64,000 bases of DNA from Dehalococcoidia bacterium (GTDB lineage: Bacteria > Chloroflexota > Dehalococcoidia > UBA6926). The notes beneath the pieces were generated by a model, which was not told where the DNA came from, searched no databases, and was given only the letters and a program-made list of their open reading frames with translations. The position numbers and the translations under genes are program-made. The stretch is from the NCBI GenBank assembly GCA_965247995.1, contig OZ252041.1, positions 1,218,444-1,282,443 of the forward strand, read 5' to 3'. This document shows, piece after piece, positions 22,432 to 33,098 of the stretch. The first letter of the stretch is position 1, and each line of letters starts with the position of its first letter.

Positions 22432-23065
22432 TAGTCGAATCCGTAAGGATCTCCCTTAGCCGGACATGGAGCGCGCGTTGGTCTCCCGAGCGGAGCAAGT
22501 CGCGGACGGCGTCGTCGTCGAGCGCATCCTGCCAGAGTTGCGATGGGGGACGCTGTCCGACGTTCCTGATCTCCTCGCGCACTTCTGCAAGCACATCCAC
22601 CAGCATGGCGTATTCGCTGGGGAGCGCACGGTCCACTTCTCTCCGAAGAAAACTGGCCATAGCTGGGCTCCGTCCGTTCGTCGAGATCGCGATTGTGGCG
22701 TCGCCGCGTCGAACCAGAGCAGGATAGATCCAGGTGCAGAGCTCCGTTATATCGACAACGTTGAGGAGCACACGCTCCTGCAATGCCTCCCTATGGATCG
22801 CCTCGCTGAGTTGCCGGTCGTGGGTCGTGGCAGCGATGGCAAGGAACGCGCCCGCTAGGTCGCCGTCCTGATAGGGGCGAGTGTAGAGTGCTATCTCGCC
22901 CCGCCCGGCCATCTCGGCGAATGCATCCACGATGTCCCGGCAGATCACCGTGACGCGAGCACCGGCCTCCACGAGCGCCTTCGCTTTCTCGCGAGCCTCA
23001 GCATCCTCTCCGATGACGACGCAGGACCGGTCCCTGAGGTCAAGAAACACTGGGTAGTAGCCCAT
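22424..23065 (-). CDS. sirC: Precorrin-2 dehydrogenase / sirohydrochlorin ferrochelatase (SirC/Met8-like)
   Basis: NAD-binding start YPVFLDLRDRSCVVIGEDAEA typical of CysG N-domain; start at MGYYPV. Confidence 0.7.
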   Translation of the reverse strand: MGYYPVFLDLRDRSCVVIGEDAEAREKAKALVEAGARVTVICRDIVDAFAEMAGRGEIALYTRPYQDGDLAGAFLAIAATTHDRQLSEAIHREALQERVLLNVVDITELCTWIYPALVRRGDATIAISTNGRSPAMASFLRREVDRALPSEYAMLVDVLAEVREEIRNVGQRPPSQLWQDALDDDAVRDLLRSGDQRALHVRLREILTDSTSD

Positions 23066-23099
23066 GTGGGCGGTGTTGCCTTCGGTTTGGTGTTCGAGG

Positions 23100-23957
23100 C
23101 TACTGTCCGGACGCGAGTGGCCCGGTGGGAGCCGCCTCCTGGTCTTCGAAATGGGCAGCAAGTGCGAGGACCAGCGGGCCCATCTTCGGATGCTCCGGTT
23201 CGAGGTGCGGTGTCACGCCCTCGTCCACTAGCGCGCGGGCGCACACAGGGCCCACAGGTGCGACGACGACGTCTCCTGCCAAGGCTTCGGTAAGGCCTTT
23301 GCGGTGTCCCATGCGGTCAGCGATCTGGAAGAGGTTCCGCACCTGGGACTGGGTGGTGAAGAGGACGGCGTCCGCACGCCTGCCAATGATGGCGTCCACG
23401 GCATCCTCGACCGGCCTGACGTCCTCCGGGAGTGCCCACGTGTAGAGCGATACCTCCGTAAGGTGTGCACCCATTTCCTGAAGCCGGGTCCGAAGGTAGG
23501 CGTTAATCTCGCCGTAATGTTGAAGTGCAACGCGCTTTCCGCGGAGGTCCCACCCTTGATCGACGATCGCTGCCACCAAGTCCTGTGACGTAAACGGTTC
23601 AGGCGACACCAAGGCGATTGGGACGTCGTTCGTCCTCATGACGGCAACGGGCTTCGGACCGCGGCAGACAACCTTCGTGTCTCGGAGGCCGTCCAGGAAC
23701 GGGTCGTGGCGTCCCATCTCGTCAGCAGCGCTGATCAGGGCTCGCGCTCCGACGCCTGTGAGAAAGACGACCATATCGATCTCGCGATCGCAAACGGCGT
23801 CGACGAGGGCCTTCACTTCCGGTTGCATTGGAATGGGCACTTCGCGGAGGGCGGGAGCAGCGATAGGTTGGCCGCCGTGGCGCTCGACGAGCGCGCCGAG
23901 CTGAGACGGAAGCCGTGCCTCCAAGACCACGATTCGCCGCCCTCGGAGGTCTGCCAT
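23100..23957 (-). CDS. hemD: Uroporphyrinogen-III synthase (HemD) family protein, second copy
   Basis: Two-lobed HemD-like profile; start at MADLRG after GAGGAA. Confidence 0.6.
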   Translation of the reverse strand: MADLRGRRIVVLEARLPSQLGALVERHGGQPIAAPALREVPIPMQPEVKALVDAVCDREIDMVVFLTGVGARALISAADEMGRHDPFLDGLRDTKVVCRGPKPVAVMRTNDVPIALVSPEPFTSQDLVAAIVDQGWDLRGKRVALQHYGEINAYLRTRLQEMGAHLTEVSLYTWALPEDVRPVEDAVDAIIGRRADAVLFTTQSQVRNLFQIADRMGHRKGLTEALAGDVVVAPVGPVCARALVDEGVTPHLEPEHPKMGPLVLALAAHFEDQEAAPTGPLASGQ

Positions 23958-24005
23958 GGTCCGTTCCTCAAGACCCTTCTTGACTACCTGTCTGTCCAAG
24001 TGCGT

Positions 24006-25808
24006 TCAGACGGCGCACTCACCCTCGCCTCGTTCCATCAGGTACAGGATCGTCTTGTCGTAGTCGATGTATTGCTCCAAGTTTGCTTTGTTTAGAGGGC
24101 CAATGTCTGCTAATTCCTTAATCATCGACTCAAACGGGTCACGACCGACGCGGTTGGCGAAGTCCTTGAAGAGTTCATTATCCTGCCGATCGTCCTTGTA
24201 GAGCCGGAGGATCTTGAAGACTGCCTCCGTGACCTTCTTTGCTGGGATTTTACCGCGGGGACGAACACCGAAACGGACATCGCCGTGCTCGTGGCTACCA
24301 CCCAGGAAGACCTCGTAAGCCGGGACCTGACCGCCCATTGGGCCCTTGATGAACGCACCATGGAACCCAATGTCCGAGACGTGGTGGCGGCCGCAGCCGT
24401 TTGGGCATCCACTCATCTTGATGTGCATTTGCTTAATGAGTGGGTCATCCAACAATCCGGCGTGGCCGTTCGGATTCCGAACGGCATCAGCCACTGCTTT
24501 GTTCAGCCCCATGGATGACGTGATACCCAGCTTGCAACTGTCGGTCCCAGGGCATGACGTGACGTCGGTGATTTGGTTCATGCCGCCATCAGCCAAGCCG
24601 AGGCCTTGCAGGTCCTGATACACGTCGTAGAGGTAGGCGTTCGGCACCCAGCGCAGCATCAAGTTTTGCTCCGGAGTGGTGCGGACCCGGTGGCTGGCGT
24701 GCTTCCGCGCGATCTCGGCGACGCCGTGGAACTGCTCTGGTGTGAGGTCCCCACGTGTGACGGTGATGCCCACGAAGCTGTATCCATCATGCTGCTGCGG
24801 GATCACGTTCGTGGACCGCCAGTCCTGGAACGCTTGATCGTTTTCGCCACGCGGTTCTAGCCCGTTCGGGATCGGCGGAATGTCGGCCTGTTCCTCGTCG
24901 TAGAAGAGCAAGTGATCGCGATCCGCGAAGTCCTGCGCCCAATCCTCTTGGAGTTCTTCCTCGACCTGCTTGCGGAACGATTCGATCCCTTCGGTGTGGA
25001 TCAAGACCTTGATGCGGGCCTTCATCTTGTTGCGCCGGAGCCACGCCGTGCGGTTGAAGATCCGTAAGACCGCCTCGGACACGCGCAAGAAGTCCTCGAC
25101 TGGCACGAACTCATACAGCGTCTCCGCGATGAGGGGCTGAATTGAAGTGCCGCCACCCACCACAATCTTGAATCCCTTCTTTTGTTCCCCGTTCTCCTCT
25201 CGGACCCGTGCGATGAACCCGAGGTCATGCATCGGCGTGGTCGCACAGTCGTGGTCGCCACACGAGAACGCGGGTTTGATCTTCCGTGGCATGTGGAACG
25301 TGAAATCGCGACGCACGAAGTTGCGGACGAACGCACCGAGATAGGGTTGGATGTCGAACGCCTGCAGCGGATCGATTCCCGCCATGGGGCATGCGGTGAC
25401 GTTGCGCACCGAGTTGCCGCACGCTTCCTTGGTACTCAGACCCACGCTCTGGAGGATGTGCATCGCCTCGCCAGCGTCTTCCAACAGCATGTGGTGCAGT
25501 TGGACGTTCTCCCGCGTCGTGATATGGCCCTTGCGTAGCGGAGTGAACCGGTCAGCGATCTCCCCGATGGCATCGAGCTGATCTGCGTGGGCCAATCCGC
25601 CAGGAATCTTGATGCGGAACATCTGGGAGTCGGGCTGGCGTTGACCGTACACGCCCAAGCGGAGTCTGAACGACATGAACTGGTCTTCGGGGATGTCGCC
25701 CCCGCGGAATTCCTTGACCTTGTTCTCGTACTCGACGATTTCCTCATCCAGGTACTGGATGATTGACGGGCGAGCGGACTGCTGTGCGGTCTCGGATCCT
25801 GTGCTCAC
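24006..25808 (-). CDS. sir: Ferredoxin-dependent sulfite/nitrite reductase hemoprotein (siroheme, 4Fe-4S)
   Basis: Cys clusters CGNSVRNVTACP and SGCPNGCGRHH; 600 aa. Confidence 0.85.
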   Translation of the reverse strand: MSTGSETAQQSARPSIIQYLDEEIVEYENKVKEFRGGDIPEDQFMSFRLRLGVYGQRQPDSQMFRIKIPGGLAHADQLDAIGEIADRFTPLRKGHITTRENVQLHHMLLEDAGEAMHILQSVGLSTKEACGNSVRNVTACPMAGIDPLQAFDIQPYLGAFVRNFVRRDFTFHMPRKIKPAFSCGDHDCATTPMHDLGFIARVREENGEQKKGFKIVVGGGTSIQPLIAETLYEFVPVEDFLRVSEAVLRIFNRTAWLRRNKMKARIKVLIHTEGIESFRKQVEEELQEDWAQDFADRDHLLFYDEEQADIPPIPNGLEPRGENDQAFQDWRSTNVIPQQHDGYSFVGITVTRGDLTPEQFHGVAEIARKHASHRVRTTPEQNLMLRWVPNAYLYDVYQDLQGLGLADGGMNQITDVTSCPGTDSCKLGITSSMGLNKAVADAVRNPNGHAGLLDDPLIKQMHIKMSGCPNGCGRHHVSDIGFHGAFIKGPMGGQVPAYEVFLGGSHEHGDVRFGVRPRGKIPAKKVTEAVFKILRLYKDDRQDNELFKDFANRVGRDPFESMIKELADIGPLNKANLEQYIDYDKTILYLMERGEGECAV

Positions 25809-25897
25809 GGCGATCTCCCTCTTGGCTACTCGGTCACATTCGGACCGATCACGGTCTCAACGATAGCAGCGCGGCGCGATCTCAAGGACCAATGGGG

Positions 25898-27094
25898 TCA
25901 CCCGCCTCCGGCGGCCGGTGCCCGCGCCGCGTCAATAAGGATCTGGGCGACTTCTGGCCGAGTGAATTCCATGGGGGGAACCTGGCCGTTCGACAGCATC
26001 TCTCGGACCTGCGTGCCGCTGAGCGTGACCCGGTCTTCGGGTCCGTGTGGGCACGTTTTTGCCGATGCCATCCCCTCACAGCGGCTACAAAAAAAAGAGT
26101 GGTCGAAGAAGAGTGGAGTGATGTTCAGGTCCTCAGCCGGGAGGCTTCGGAGCAGGTCCTGAGCGTCGTAGGTCCCGTAGTAATTGCCGACGCCAGCATG
26201 GTCTCGCCCAACAATGAAGTGCGTGCAACCGTAGTTTTTTCGTACCAGGGCATGGAGGACCGCCTCTCGGGGTCCGGCGTAGCGCATCGCCGCAGGGAGC
26301 ACGGAGAGGTGAACGTGGTCGGCGGGGTAGTACCCATCCAGTAGCGCCTGGTAGCAACGCATCCTCACGTCGGCGGGGATGTCATCGGGCTTGGTTTCGC
26401 CCACGAGCGGGTGTAGGAGGAGGCCGTCTACGATCTCCAACGCTGCCTTCTGGATGTACTCATGAGCCCTGTGCACAGGGTTCCGCGTTTGAAATCCGAC
26501 GACCGTTCTCCAACCGCGCTCTGCGAAGGCTGCACGCGTCTCCGCTGGGTCGTTGCGGTACGGGAGGAGGTCGGATCCAATCTCCTCCCGTTCCACCACC
26601 GTTACGGTCCCCCCTAAGAGCAGTTCCTTCTGGTGATAGACGGAGGCCACACCTGGGTGAGCTTCATCCTGAGTCCCGAAGACCTCGCGGGCCTCTTCTT
26701 GTTTGTCGTAGGCGAAGACTTCTTCCAGATTCAGGACTCCGAGGAGCCTTCCCGCTTGGTCCTCCAATGCGATTTCATCGCCATGGCTCAATCCGGCGGC
26801 TTCCTGCTGAGAGACGGACAGCGTGATCGGAATGCTCCAGAGCGTTCCATCAGCGAGCCGCATCTCGTGCACGGTCCCGTGGTAGTCCGCTTTGTTCATG
26901 AAGCCCCGGAGGGGGCTGAACGCGCCGACTGCGATCAGGTCAAGGTCCGCGGACTCGCGCAGGCTGAGCGTGACGTGCCGGAGACCGGGCGCCCGCGCGC
27001 GAATCGCCTCGGATTCGCTCGGGGACGCAATCCGGTCAATGAGCCGACCGCCGTGCGGTGCGATAGTCTCGGTCACTCGGGTCGTGGTTGTCAT
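25898..27094 (-). CDS. sat: Sulfate adenylyltransferase (ATP sulfurylase)
   Basis: [11 protein letters not shown] and GRDHAG motifs. Confidence 0.9.
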   Translation of the reverse strand: MTTTTRVTETIAPHGGRLIDRIASPSESEAIRARAPGLRHVTLSLRESADLDLIAVGAFSPLRGFMNKADYHGTVHEMRLADGTLWSIPITLSVSQQEAAGLSHGDEIALEDQAGRLLGVLNLEEVFAYDKQEEAREVFGTQDEAHPGVASVYHQKELLLGGTVTVVEREEIGSDLLPYRNDPAETRAAFAERGWRTVVGFQTRNPVHRAHEYIQKAALEIVDGLLLHPLVGETKPDDIPADVRMRCYQALLDGYYPADHVHLSVLPAAMRYAGPREAVLHALVRKNYGCTHFIVGRDHAGVGNYYGTYDAQDLLRSLPAEDLNITPLFFDHSFFCSRCEGMASAKTCPHGPEDRVTLSGTQVREMLSNGQVPPMEFTRPEVAQILIDAARAPAAGGG

Positions 27095-27099
27095 GGTGG

Positions 27100-27681
27100 T
27101 CAGATAGCCGCCGGGGCTGTTGCTGACCGTCCGGGCGAGACCGCGGCCGACAGATACCCGCCGTCCTCGAGGGCAGCGACGACTTTGCGCACGCTCTCGT
27201 CGATCTCCTCCACGTGGGTGTGAACGACGACCTCAGGATTGATCGGCTCCTCGTACGGATCAGAGACCCCCGTGAAGTTGGGAATCTCTCCCCTGAGAGC
27301 CTTTTCATAGAGCCCCTTGACGTCCCGCCGGACGAGCTCATCTAGCGGCGCGTGGACGTACACCTCGATGAAGTCGCCGACCTCGCTGCGCACTTCGCCG
27401 CGTACGTCGCGGTACGGCGAAATCGCCGAAACGACGCTGACGACCCCATTCCGTGTCAGCAGTTTGCTAACGAAACCGATCCGCCGGATGTTGGTATCCC
27501 GGTCTTCCTTGCTGAATCCCAGTCCCTTGCTCAAGTTGGTTCGGACAATGTCGCCGTCGAGAAGCTCGGAATTGACGCCGCGCTGCTCCAGAATCGCGAT
27601 CAACCGCTCGGCGATGGTGCTCTTGCCGGCGCCGGATAGCCCGGTGAACCAGACGGTGACTCCTCGGTGCTGTGTCTCCAA
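27100..27681 (-). CDS. cysC: Adenylyl-sulfate kinase
   Basis: Walker [13 protein letters not shown] kinase fold. Confidence 0.9.
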   Translation of the reverse strand: METQHRGVTVWFTGLSGAGKSTIAERLIAILEQRGVNSELLDGDIVRTNLSKGLGFSKEDRDTNIRRIGFVSKLLTRNGVVSVVSAISPYRDVRGEVRSEVGDFIEVYVHAPLDELVRRDVKGLYEKALRGEIPNFTGVSDPYEEPINPEVVVHTHVEEIDESVRKVVAALEDGGYLSAAVSPGRSATAPAAI

Positions 27682-27732
27682 AGTGGATATCCTCCTGGAC
27701 TCTTGGTTTCGTGTTCTATCCGGTTGGCCGGT

Positions 27733-28494
27733 TCAGCTGGCCACATCCACAGTCGAAGTGACCTTTCCGGTCGCCGGATCGATGTGGATGCCGCACTCGA
27801 CTTTGTCCTCGAATTCAGACCAACGCCCGGCCCGCGTGTCCTCGCCGGGCTGGACGGCCCGCGTGCAATTGGTGCAGCCGATGCTGGGGTATCCGCGATC
27901 GTGGAGTGCGTTGTAGGGCACGTCGTTCTGGCGAACGTAATCCCAGACCTGCTCCTCGGTCCAATTGGCTAACGGGTTCACCTTGATCAGGTCGAACTTA
28001 TTGTCCCACGAGACGATGGCAACGTCCTTGCGCGTGTCGCCCTGGTCCCGCCTCAGCCCGGCTATCCACGCTTGGCGGTTGGCAAGAGCCTGCTCGTTTG
28101 GCTTCACCTTGCGGATGTCGCAACAAAGGTCGGGATCGTGCTTCCAGAGCTCGGGGCCATGGATTTTGGCCTGCTTCTCAACCGAGATGTTGGTCTTGAA
28201 TCCGATCGGCTGGAACCCATACTTCCGCGCCGCCTGGTCCTTCAGGGCGTGGGATTCCGGGAAAAGGAAGTCCGTGTCCACATAGAAGACCGATGTCTCC
28301 GGGTTGATCTTTAGCGCCATGTCCAGGAGGGCCATACCGGACACGCCGCCAAAGCTGCAGGCCAACGTGATGTCTGGAAAGAAGGCATCGATGGCCCAGC
28401 GGACGATCTCGTCCGGCTCTGCGTCCTCCAGTCGTTCGTTGATCGCCGCGAGTCTCTCCGCGGTCCATTCGGCTTTGCGGTCTTCGATGGTTGT
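27733..28494 (-). CDS. cysH: Phosphoadenosine phosphosulfate / APS reductase
   Basis: PP-loop SFGGVSGMALLDM, C-terminal ECGIH; start at MTTIED (track ORF extends 150 aa upstream without support). Confidence 0.85.
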   Translation of the reverse strand, partial: TTIEDRKAEWTAERLAAINERLEDAEPDEIVRWAIDAFFPDITLACSFGGVSGMALLDMALKINPETSVFYVDTDFLFPESHALKDQAARKYGFQPIGFKTNISVEKQAKIHGPELWKHDPDLCCDIRKVKPNEQALANRQAWIAGLRRDQGDTRKDVAIVSWDNKFDLIKVNPLANWTEEQVWDYVRQNDVPYNALHDRGYPSIGCTNCTRAVQPGEDTRAGRWSEFEDKVECGIHIDPATGKVTSTVDVAS

Positions 28495-28550
28495 CATCGG
28501 TTCGTGGTCTCCCTCTGTAGCTCTTGCCCACGCCCAAGGCGCGGTGGTTG

Positions 28551-29336
28551 TTAGATCAGTCTGAGTCCCGCGAATAGCAGCACGGACCCGAGGACGGCTC
28601 GGAGCCCGCGTTCCGGGAGCTGGATGGTCATACGACTTCCGAGGATCACTCCTGGGATTGCTCCGACTAAGAGATTGGCCGCCAAAACGAGGTCCACCTT
28701 GCCAATGCTCATATGCCCCGCAGCAGCGACCGATGTGAGGATCAATGCGTGCGCGATGTCCGTCCCGACGACGCTGCGACCGCTGATGCGGTAGAGAGTC
28801 ACGAGTGCAGCGATGACGAGTGTCCCTCCGCCGACCGAGGTGAGGGTCACAAGGACGCCGACGATGAATCCCAAAGCGACGGTAAAGCCGGCGCTCGGTT
28901 CGGAAGACCGGTTGGCGTGCTCGACCTGTTGTTCCCAGAACCGGCGTACCCACGGGAGGACGCGAGCGAAGATCACAACCGAGACGGCGATCAGGACAGC
29001 GCCCAGCAGACGCGTGATCACCACGTCAGTAAGATCGGGCGAGACGCTCCTCAAGTAGGCCAGCAGAAGCAGGCCGACGAACACGCCCGGGATGCTGCCC
29101 ATCGCGAGCCGGCGCACGAGTGACCAATCGACGTTGCCCCATTGATGGTGTGTCCATGCGCCGAACGCCTTGAGGACCGCCAGGAACGCCAGATCGGTCC
29201 CGACTGCGGTCACGGGACGGACTCCTACCCAGTACACGAGCAGTGGCATCGTAAGCGCGCCGCCGCCCATTCCGGTCATGCCGACCAGGAAGCCCACGAT
29301 CAGGCCGATAAGCCCGATACCGATACCTGGTTCCAA
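28551..29336 (-). CDS. Sulfite exporter TauE/SafE family membrane protein
   Basis: 8 predicted TM helices, duplicated 4-TM halves, SD GGAAGGGAG. Confidence 0.8.
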   Translation of the reverse strand: MEPGIGIGLIGLIVGFLVGMTGMGGGALTMPLLVYWVGVRPVTAVGTDLAFLAVLKAFGAWTHHQWGNVDWSLVRRLAMGSIPGVFVGLLLLAYLRSVSPDLTDVVITRLLGAVLIAVSVVIFARVLPWVRRFWEQQVEHANRSSEPSAGFTVALGFIVGVLVTLTSVGGGTLVIAALVTLYRISGRSVVGTDIAHALILTSVAAAGHMSIGKVDLVLAANLLVGAIPGVILGSRMTIQLPERGLRAVLGSVLLFAGLRLI

Positions 29337-29381
29337 TATTCTCCCTTCCGGAGGCCTCGTTCTTCTTGGGTGATGTCCAAT

Positions 29382-29411
29382 AAAAAACCGCCCTGACGAG
29401 TGTCGGGGCGG
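29382..29411 (-). terminator. Rho-independent terminator on minus strand (10-bp GC stem + U7)
   Basis: Minus-strand CCGCCCCGAC-acuc-GUCAGGGCGG followed by TTTTTTTATT. Confidence 0.5.
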
Positions 29412-29658
29412 TCGGTGAGCCTGGTCCTATCCGCTGATCGCGGTTCGTGTCGTCTGGCAGTCGCTTAGATAGTGCCGAACCTCCGCCCCTGGTCGGGCAT
29501 ACAACAACAGAGGCAGATCACAGCGAAGCTACGCCGGTGTGAGCCGTCGCTAGCGGAGGAGCCGTCTGTGATTGTCTTCATGCGTTCGCGGAAACCACCT
29601 GACCAATACGGTACGAGCCCAAAAATCCGTTGTCAATGTTTCGTGACGAACGTCACGA

Positions 29659-30030
29659 TTAGGACTCCTCAAACTCAGATTCTCCATCACGCATCTCGTC
29701 GGATTCCTCCAACAGACGCTGGAACAAGGGCCAGATCTCCTGGATACGTGGGTCCATGCTGGAGATCGAGATCGCTCGGAATAAGACGCCTGTGCTGACC
29801 GTCGCGTTTGTGTCGGCACCTCGTGGCGGGAGCGGAACTCCCAACGCCCGCGCGACGAGTTCAGCCGTGATCCGGCCCACTCCACTGTCGTAGCAGCGCG
29901 TCAGAGCGCGGCCTCGGTGCAGCAGCGTCACGCCACCCTTCCCGCGGCGCATCGTCACTTGGACGCGACGCGACGGGCGCTCTAGCAGCGTCTCCGCGTA
30001 CGTCCAGGCCTTCGCGCGGGAAACGGACAT
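29659..30030 (-). CDS. Hypothetical protein (123 aa)
   Basis: ORF only; acidic C-terminus. Confidence 0.35.
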   Translation of the reverse strand: MSVSRAKAWTYAETLLERPSRRVQVTMRRGKGGVTLLHRGRALTRCYDSGVGRITAELVARALGVPLPPRGADTNATVSTGVLFRAISISSMDPRIQEIWPLFQRLLEESDEMRDGESEFEES

Positions 30031-30032
30031 GA

Positions 30033-30404
30033 CTACGGCTCGACCATGGGCTCGTCAACCGGGACGTACGGCGTCGTCTTGTCCAACAAGAGACAGGGCT
30101 CACCGGATTGATCCGGGATCTGTAAGCCCCACGGTTCAACAGCATCTACCGGACGCAATCGGATGCCGTCGTCGCCACCGTAGATAAGCAGAGCATGGCC
30201 CTCCCCAGAGTCCTCCACGACGGCCGCGTAAGCGGCGCACGGCCCCACGGCGCTCCAACCAGTGACCTCGAAGAATCCCACCTCCCCGCGAACCCCGGCC
30301 GTTTCAACCTGGGTGATTCGACGGGGACCGCTCACGACGCTGAAGACGCGATGCAGCGAGTAATCGCAGTTGTTGCCAGCCTCGACCTCTACCTCGATGA
30401 ACAT
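30033..30404 (-). CDS. Hypothetical protein (123 aa)
   Basis: ORF only; 2-nt gap to downstream ORF suggests operon. Confidence 0.35.
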   Translation of the reverse strand: MFIEVEVEAGNNCDYSLHRVFSVVSGPRRITQVETAGVRGEVGFFEVTGWSAVGPCAAYAAVVEDSGEGHALLIYGGDDGIRLRPVDAVEPWGLQIPDQSGEPCLLLDKTTPYVPVDEPMVEP

Positions 30405-30640
30405 GACTGCGACCCCCTTCCACGCCTTCCACTGCCGTCACGCGGCGGTCTCCATGAGCGGGTATCGACTCTCTATCCGCTCAAAGAGGTCATGCTACCG
30501 GGTTGTGGAACATGGAGGATGATTGGCCCGAAGCACGGCCATGGCAGCGGGTGGTTGTCCGACGGCGCGCTTTGACGAGATACGCTCGTTTGTTCTAGTC
30601 TCAGCCATCGTCCGGCAGCATACCGCTGTGAGAGGAGCGA

Positions 30641-32989
30641 TTGGACACACAAGGGTTCATCGACTACCTCTCCAACCGCCGTACGTATCGGGGACAGATT
30701 GCCCATGTGGAGCATCAACCCGAGCGGCCAGCGCGGCTAGATCCTGCGCCCGCTACGTTGCATCCGCTGCTGTCGGCGGCACTGGAAGTCCGTGGCGTCA
30801 CGGACTTGTATCGCCATCAAACCGAGGCTCTCGCAGCTATTGGCCGGGGCGAGCACGTTATTGTGGCAACGGGTCCGGCTTCCGGGAAGAGCCTCTGCTA
30901 CACGGTCCCAGTCCTGGACGCCTTCCTCGATGCACCGGGCCGAGCCCGTGCGTTGTACCTGTCTCCGACGAAAGCGTTGGCCCAGGACCAACTCCGCGCA
31001 TTCAAGGAGCTGACGGCTCCTCTCCCCCGGCGGCCAGTCATTGAGACCTACGACGGCGACACAGAGGGATCCGATCGGGCCGCGATACGCCGCTCAGCCG
31101 ATGTGGTCCTCACGAACCCGGAGATGCTCCATCTGGGGATCCTGCCGAACCACCGACAGTGGAGCCGACTTCTCCGGCAGTTGAAGTTCGTCGTGATCGA
31201 CGAGGCGCATGCATATCGGGGAGTCTTCGGATCACACTTCGCATTCGTCATCCGCCGGCTCCGGCGGATCGCGAGACTCTACGGTTCCGAACCGCAGTTC
31301 GTGATGGCGTCTGCGACGCTGGGGAACCCGAAGGAACACGCGGAAGCGCTTACGGGACTCAGCGTCACTCCGATCACCGAAGATGGCGCCCCCGCCGGAG
31401 GCAGGGACTTCGTGCTTTGGAACCCGCCGTTGATCGACGACGCGCGTTCGTCGAGACGGAGCTCGATGCGGGAAGGGTCGGAGCTCTTCACACAGGCCGT
31501 AGGTTCCGGGACCAAGACGCTCGCGTTCGTCCGCTCACGGCAGGCGGCGGAGTTGGTGTTCCGGTACACGAGGGACGACCTCTCCCGCGAAGGATCACCG
31601 TTCGCGAAGCGCGTCAGTTCGTATCGGGCCGGGTACGTTCCTGAGGAGAGGCGTGCGATTGAGCGGGCGTTCGCAGAGGGAGATCTCATGGGCGTCGTGG
31701 CGACGAACGCTATGGAGCTCGGGATCGACGTTGGTGATTTGGACACCGCTGTGCTCATCGGCTATCCGGGGTCGCTCGCCGCGACGTTTCAACAAGCGGC
31801 ACGAGCGGGCCGCCGCGGTGAGCGGGCGCTGGCGGTGTTGGTCGCCTTTGACAACCCGCTGGACCAGTATCTGATGCGCCACCCCGACATGCTGTTCCGG
31901 CGGGGTGTCGAGTTCGCCTTGGTCTCGACGACGAACCCAAGAATCCTTGGGCCCCAGTTCCTGTGCGCGGCGTACGAGGCGCCGCTCTCAGGAAGGGATG
32001 CCGACATCCTGTGCGATGAACCGCTACTGGGTGCGACGCTCCGCGCGATGGAACGCGAGGGCGTGCTGTTGAAACGAGCGGGCGGCCGCACCGGCGATCA
32101 GTGGCATGCGAGCCCGTCCGTCGGATACCCCGCAGAGTCGATTCACCTCCGGTCCGTCGCGGGAGACCAGTACGCGCTGATGGAGGTGGACTCTGGCCGG
32201 TTGCTCGAAACGATCGGCGAACCCGAAGCGTTCGCGAACGCGCATCCCGGAGCCGTTTACCTCCATCGAGGCGAGGAGTTCGTCGTTCAGGATCTCGACT
32301 TGATCAGCCACACCGCGACGCTTGCACCAGCGACTCGCCTGCCGTACTTCACGCAGTCGATGGACGATACGGACCTCCGTGTACGCGAACCGCGGGCGTC
32401 GACGACCGTCGGACCAACCACGGCTTCGCTCGGCGCCGTCGATATCTCTCGCTCGGTGATTGGGTATCGGCGCAGGCGCCATGACACGAACGAGACGCTT
32501 GGCGTGGATTACGTGGACTTGCCAACGCGTGAGTTCGAGACCGATGCGGTGTGGTGGACGCTTCCTGGATCGATCGTCGAGGAAATGCGTGGGCGTGGCC
32601 TGGACGTTGCCGGGGGGCTTCACGCGGTCGAGCACGCCGCGATCGGGCTGCTGCCTCTGTTTGCGCTCTGCGATCGGTGGGACATCGGTGGTCTCTCCAC
32701 TCCGCGACATCCTGATACGGGTGAAGCGACGATCTTCATCTACGATGGCCATCCGGGAGGAATCGGGATCGCTGAGCGTGGCTTCGATGTGCTCCCCGAT
32801 CTGTGGGAAGCCACACGCCAACTGCTGGTCGAGTGCCCCTGCGAGGACGGCTGCCCGTCCTGCGTGCAATCCCCCAAGTGCGGGAATAACAACGAGCCGT
32901 TGGACAAGGCGTGCGCGACGTTGATACTTGACCGCCTGCTGGAGAGCGAGAACCGGGATCAGGTGGCGGCGGCGTCCCCAGCTGGTTAG
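30641..32989 (+). CDS. DEAD/DEAH-box helicase with C-terminal DUF1998 zinc domain (MrfA/YprA-like)
   Basis: Walker A TGPASGKS, DEAH box VIDEAH, helicase C motifs, C-terminal CPCEDGCPSCVQSPKCGNNN four-Cys cluster. Confidence 0.8.
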   Translation: MDTQGFIDYLSNRRTYRGQIAHVEHQPERPARLDPAPATLHPLLSAALEVRGVTDLYRHQTEALAAIGRGEHVIVATGPASGKSLCYTVPVLDAFLDAPGRARALYLSPTKALAQDQLRAFKELTAPLPRRPVIETYDGDTEGSDRAAIRRSADVVLTNPEMLHLGILPNHRQWSRLLRQLKFVVIDEAHAYRGVFGSHFAFVIRRLRRIARLYGSEPQFVMASATLGNPKEHAEALTGLSVTPITEDGAPAGGRDFVLWNPPLIDDARSSRRSSMREGSELFTQAVGSGTKTLAFVRSRQAAELVFRYTRDDLSREGSPFAKRVSSYRAGYVPEERRAIERAFAEGDLMGVVATNAMELGIDVGDLDTAVLIGYPGSLAATFQQAARAGRRGERALAVLVAFDNPLDQYLMRHPDMLFRRGVEFALVSTTNPRILGPQFLCAAYEAPLSGRDADILCDEPLLGATLRAMEREGVLLKRAGGRTGDQWHASPSVGYPAESIHLRSVAGDQYALMEVDSGRLLETIGEPEAFANAHPGAVYLHRGEEFVVQDLDLISHTATLAPATRLPYFTQSMDDTDLRVREPRASTTVGPTTASLGAVDISRSVIGYRRRRHDTNETLGVDYVDLPTREFETDAVWWTLPGSIVEEMRGRGLDVAGGLHAVEHAAIGLLPLFALCDRWDIGGLSTPRHPDTGEATIFIYDGHPGGIGIAERGFDVLPDLWEATRQLLVECPCEDGCPSCVQSPKCGNNNEPLDKACATLILDRLLESENRDQVAAASPAG

Positions 32990-33098
32990 CTCGGATTCAC
33001 GTGGAAGTACCGCTGACGGAGGCGGCTGTGTCGTTCGCGCGCTGATTGGGCGGTGTCAGAATGACCGGGCAACAGACTGAAATGCCAGGGGAGAGCGC

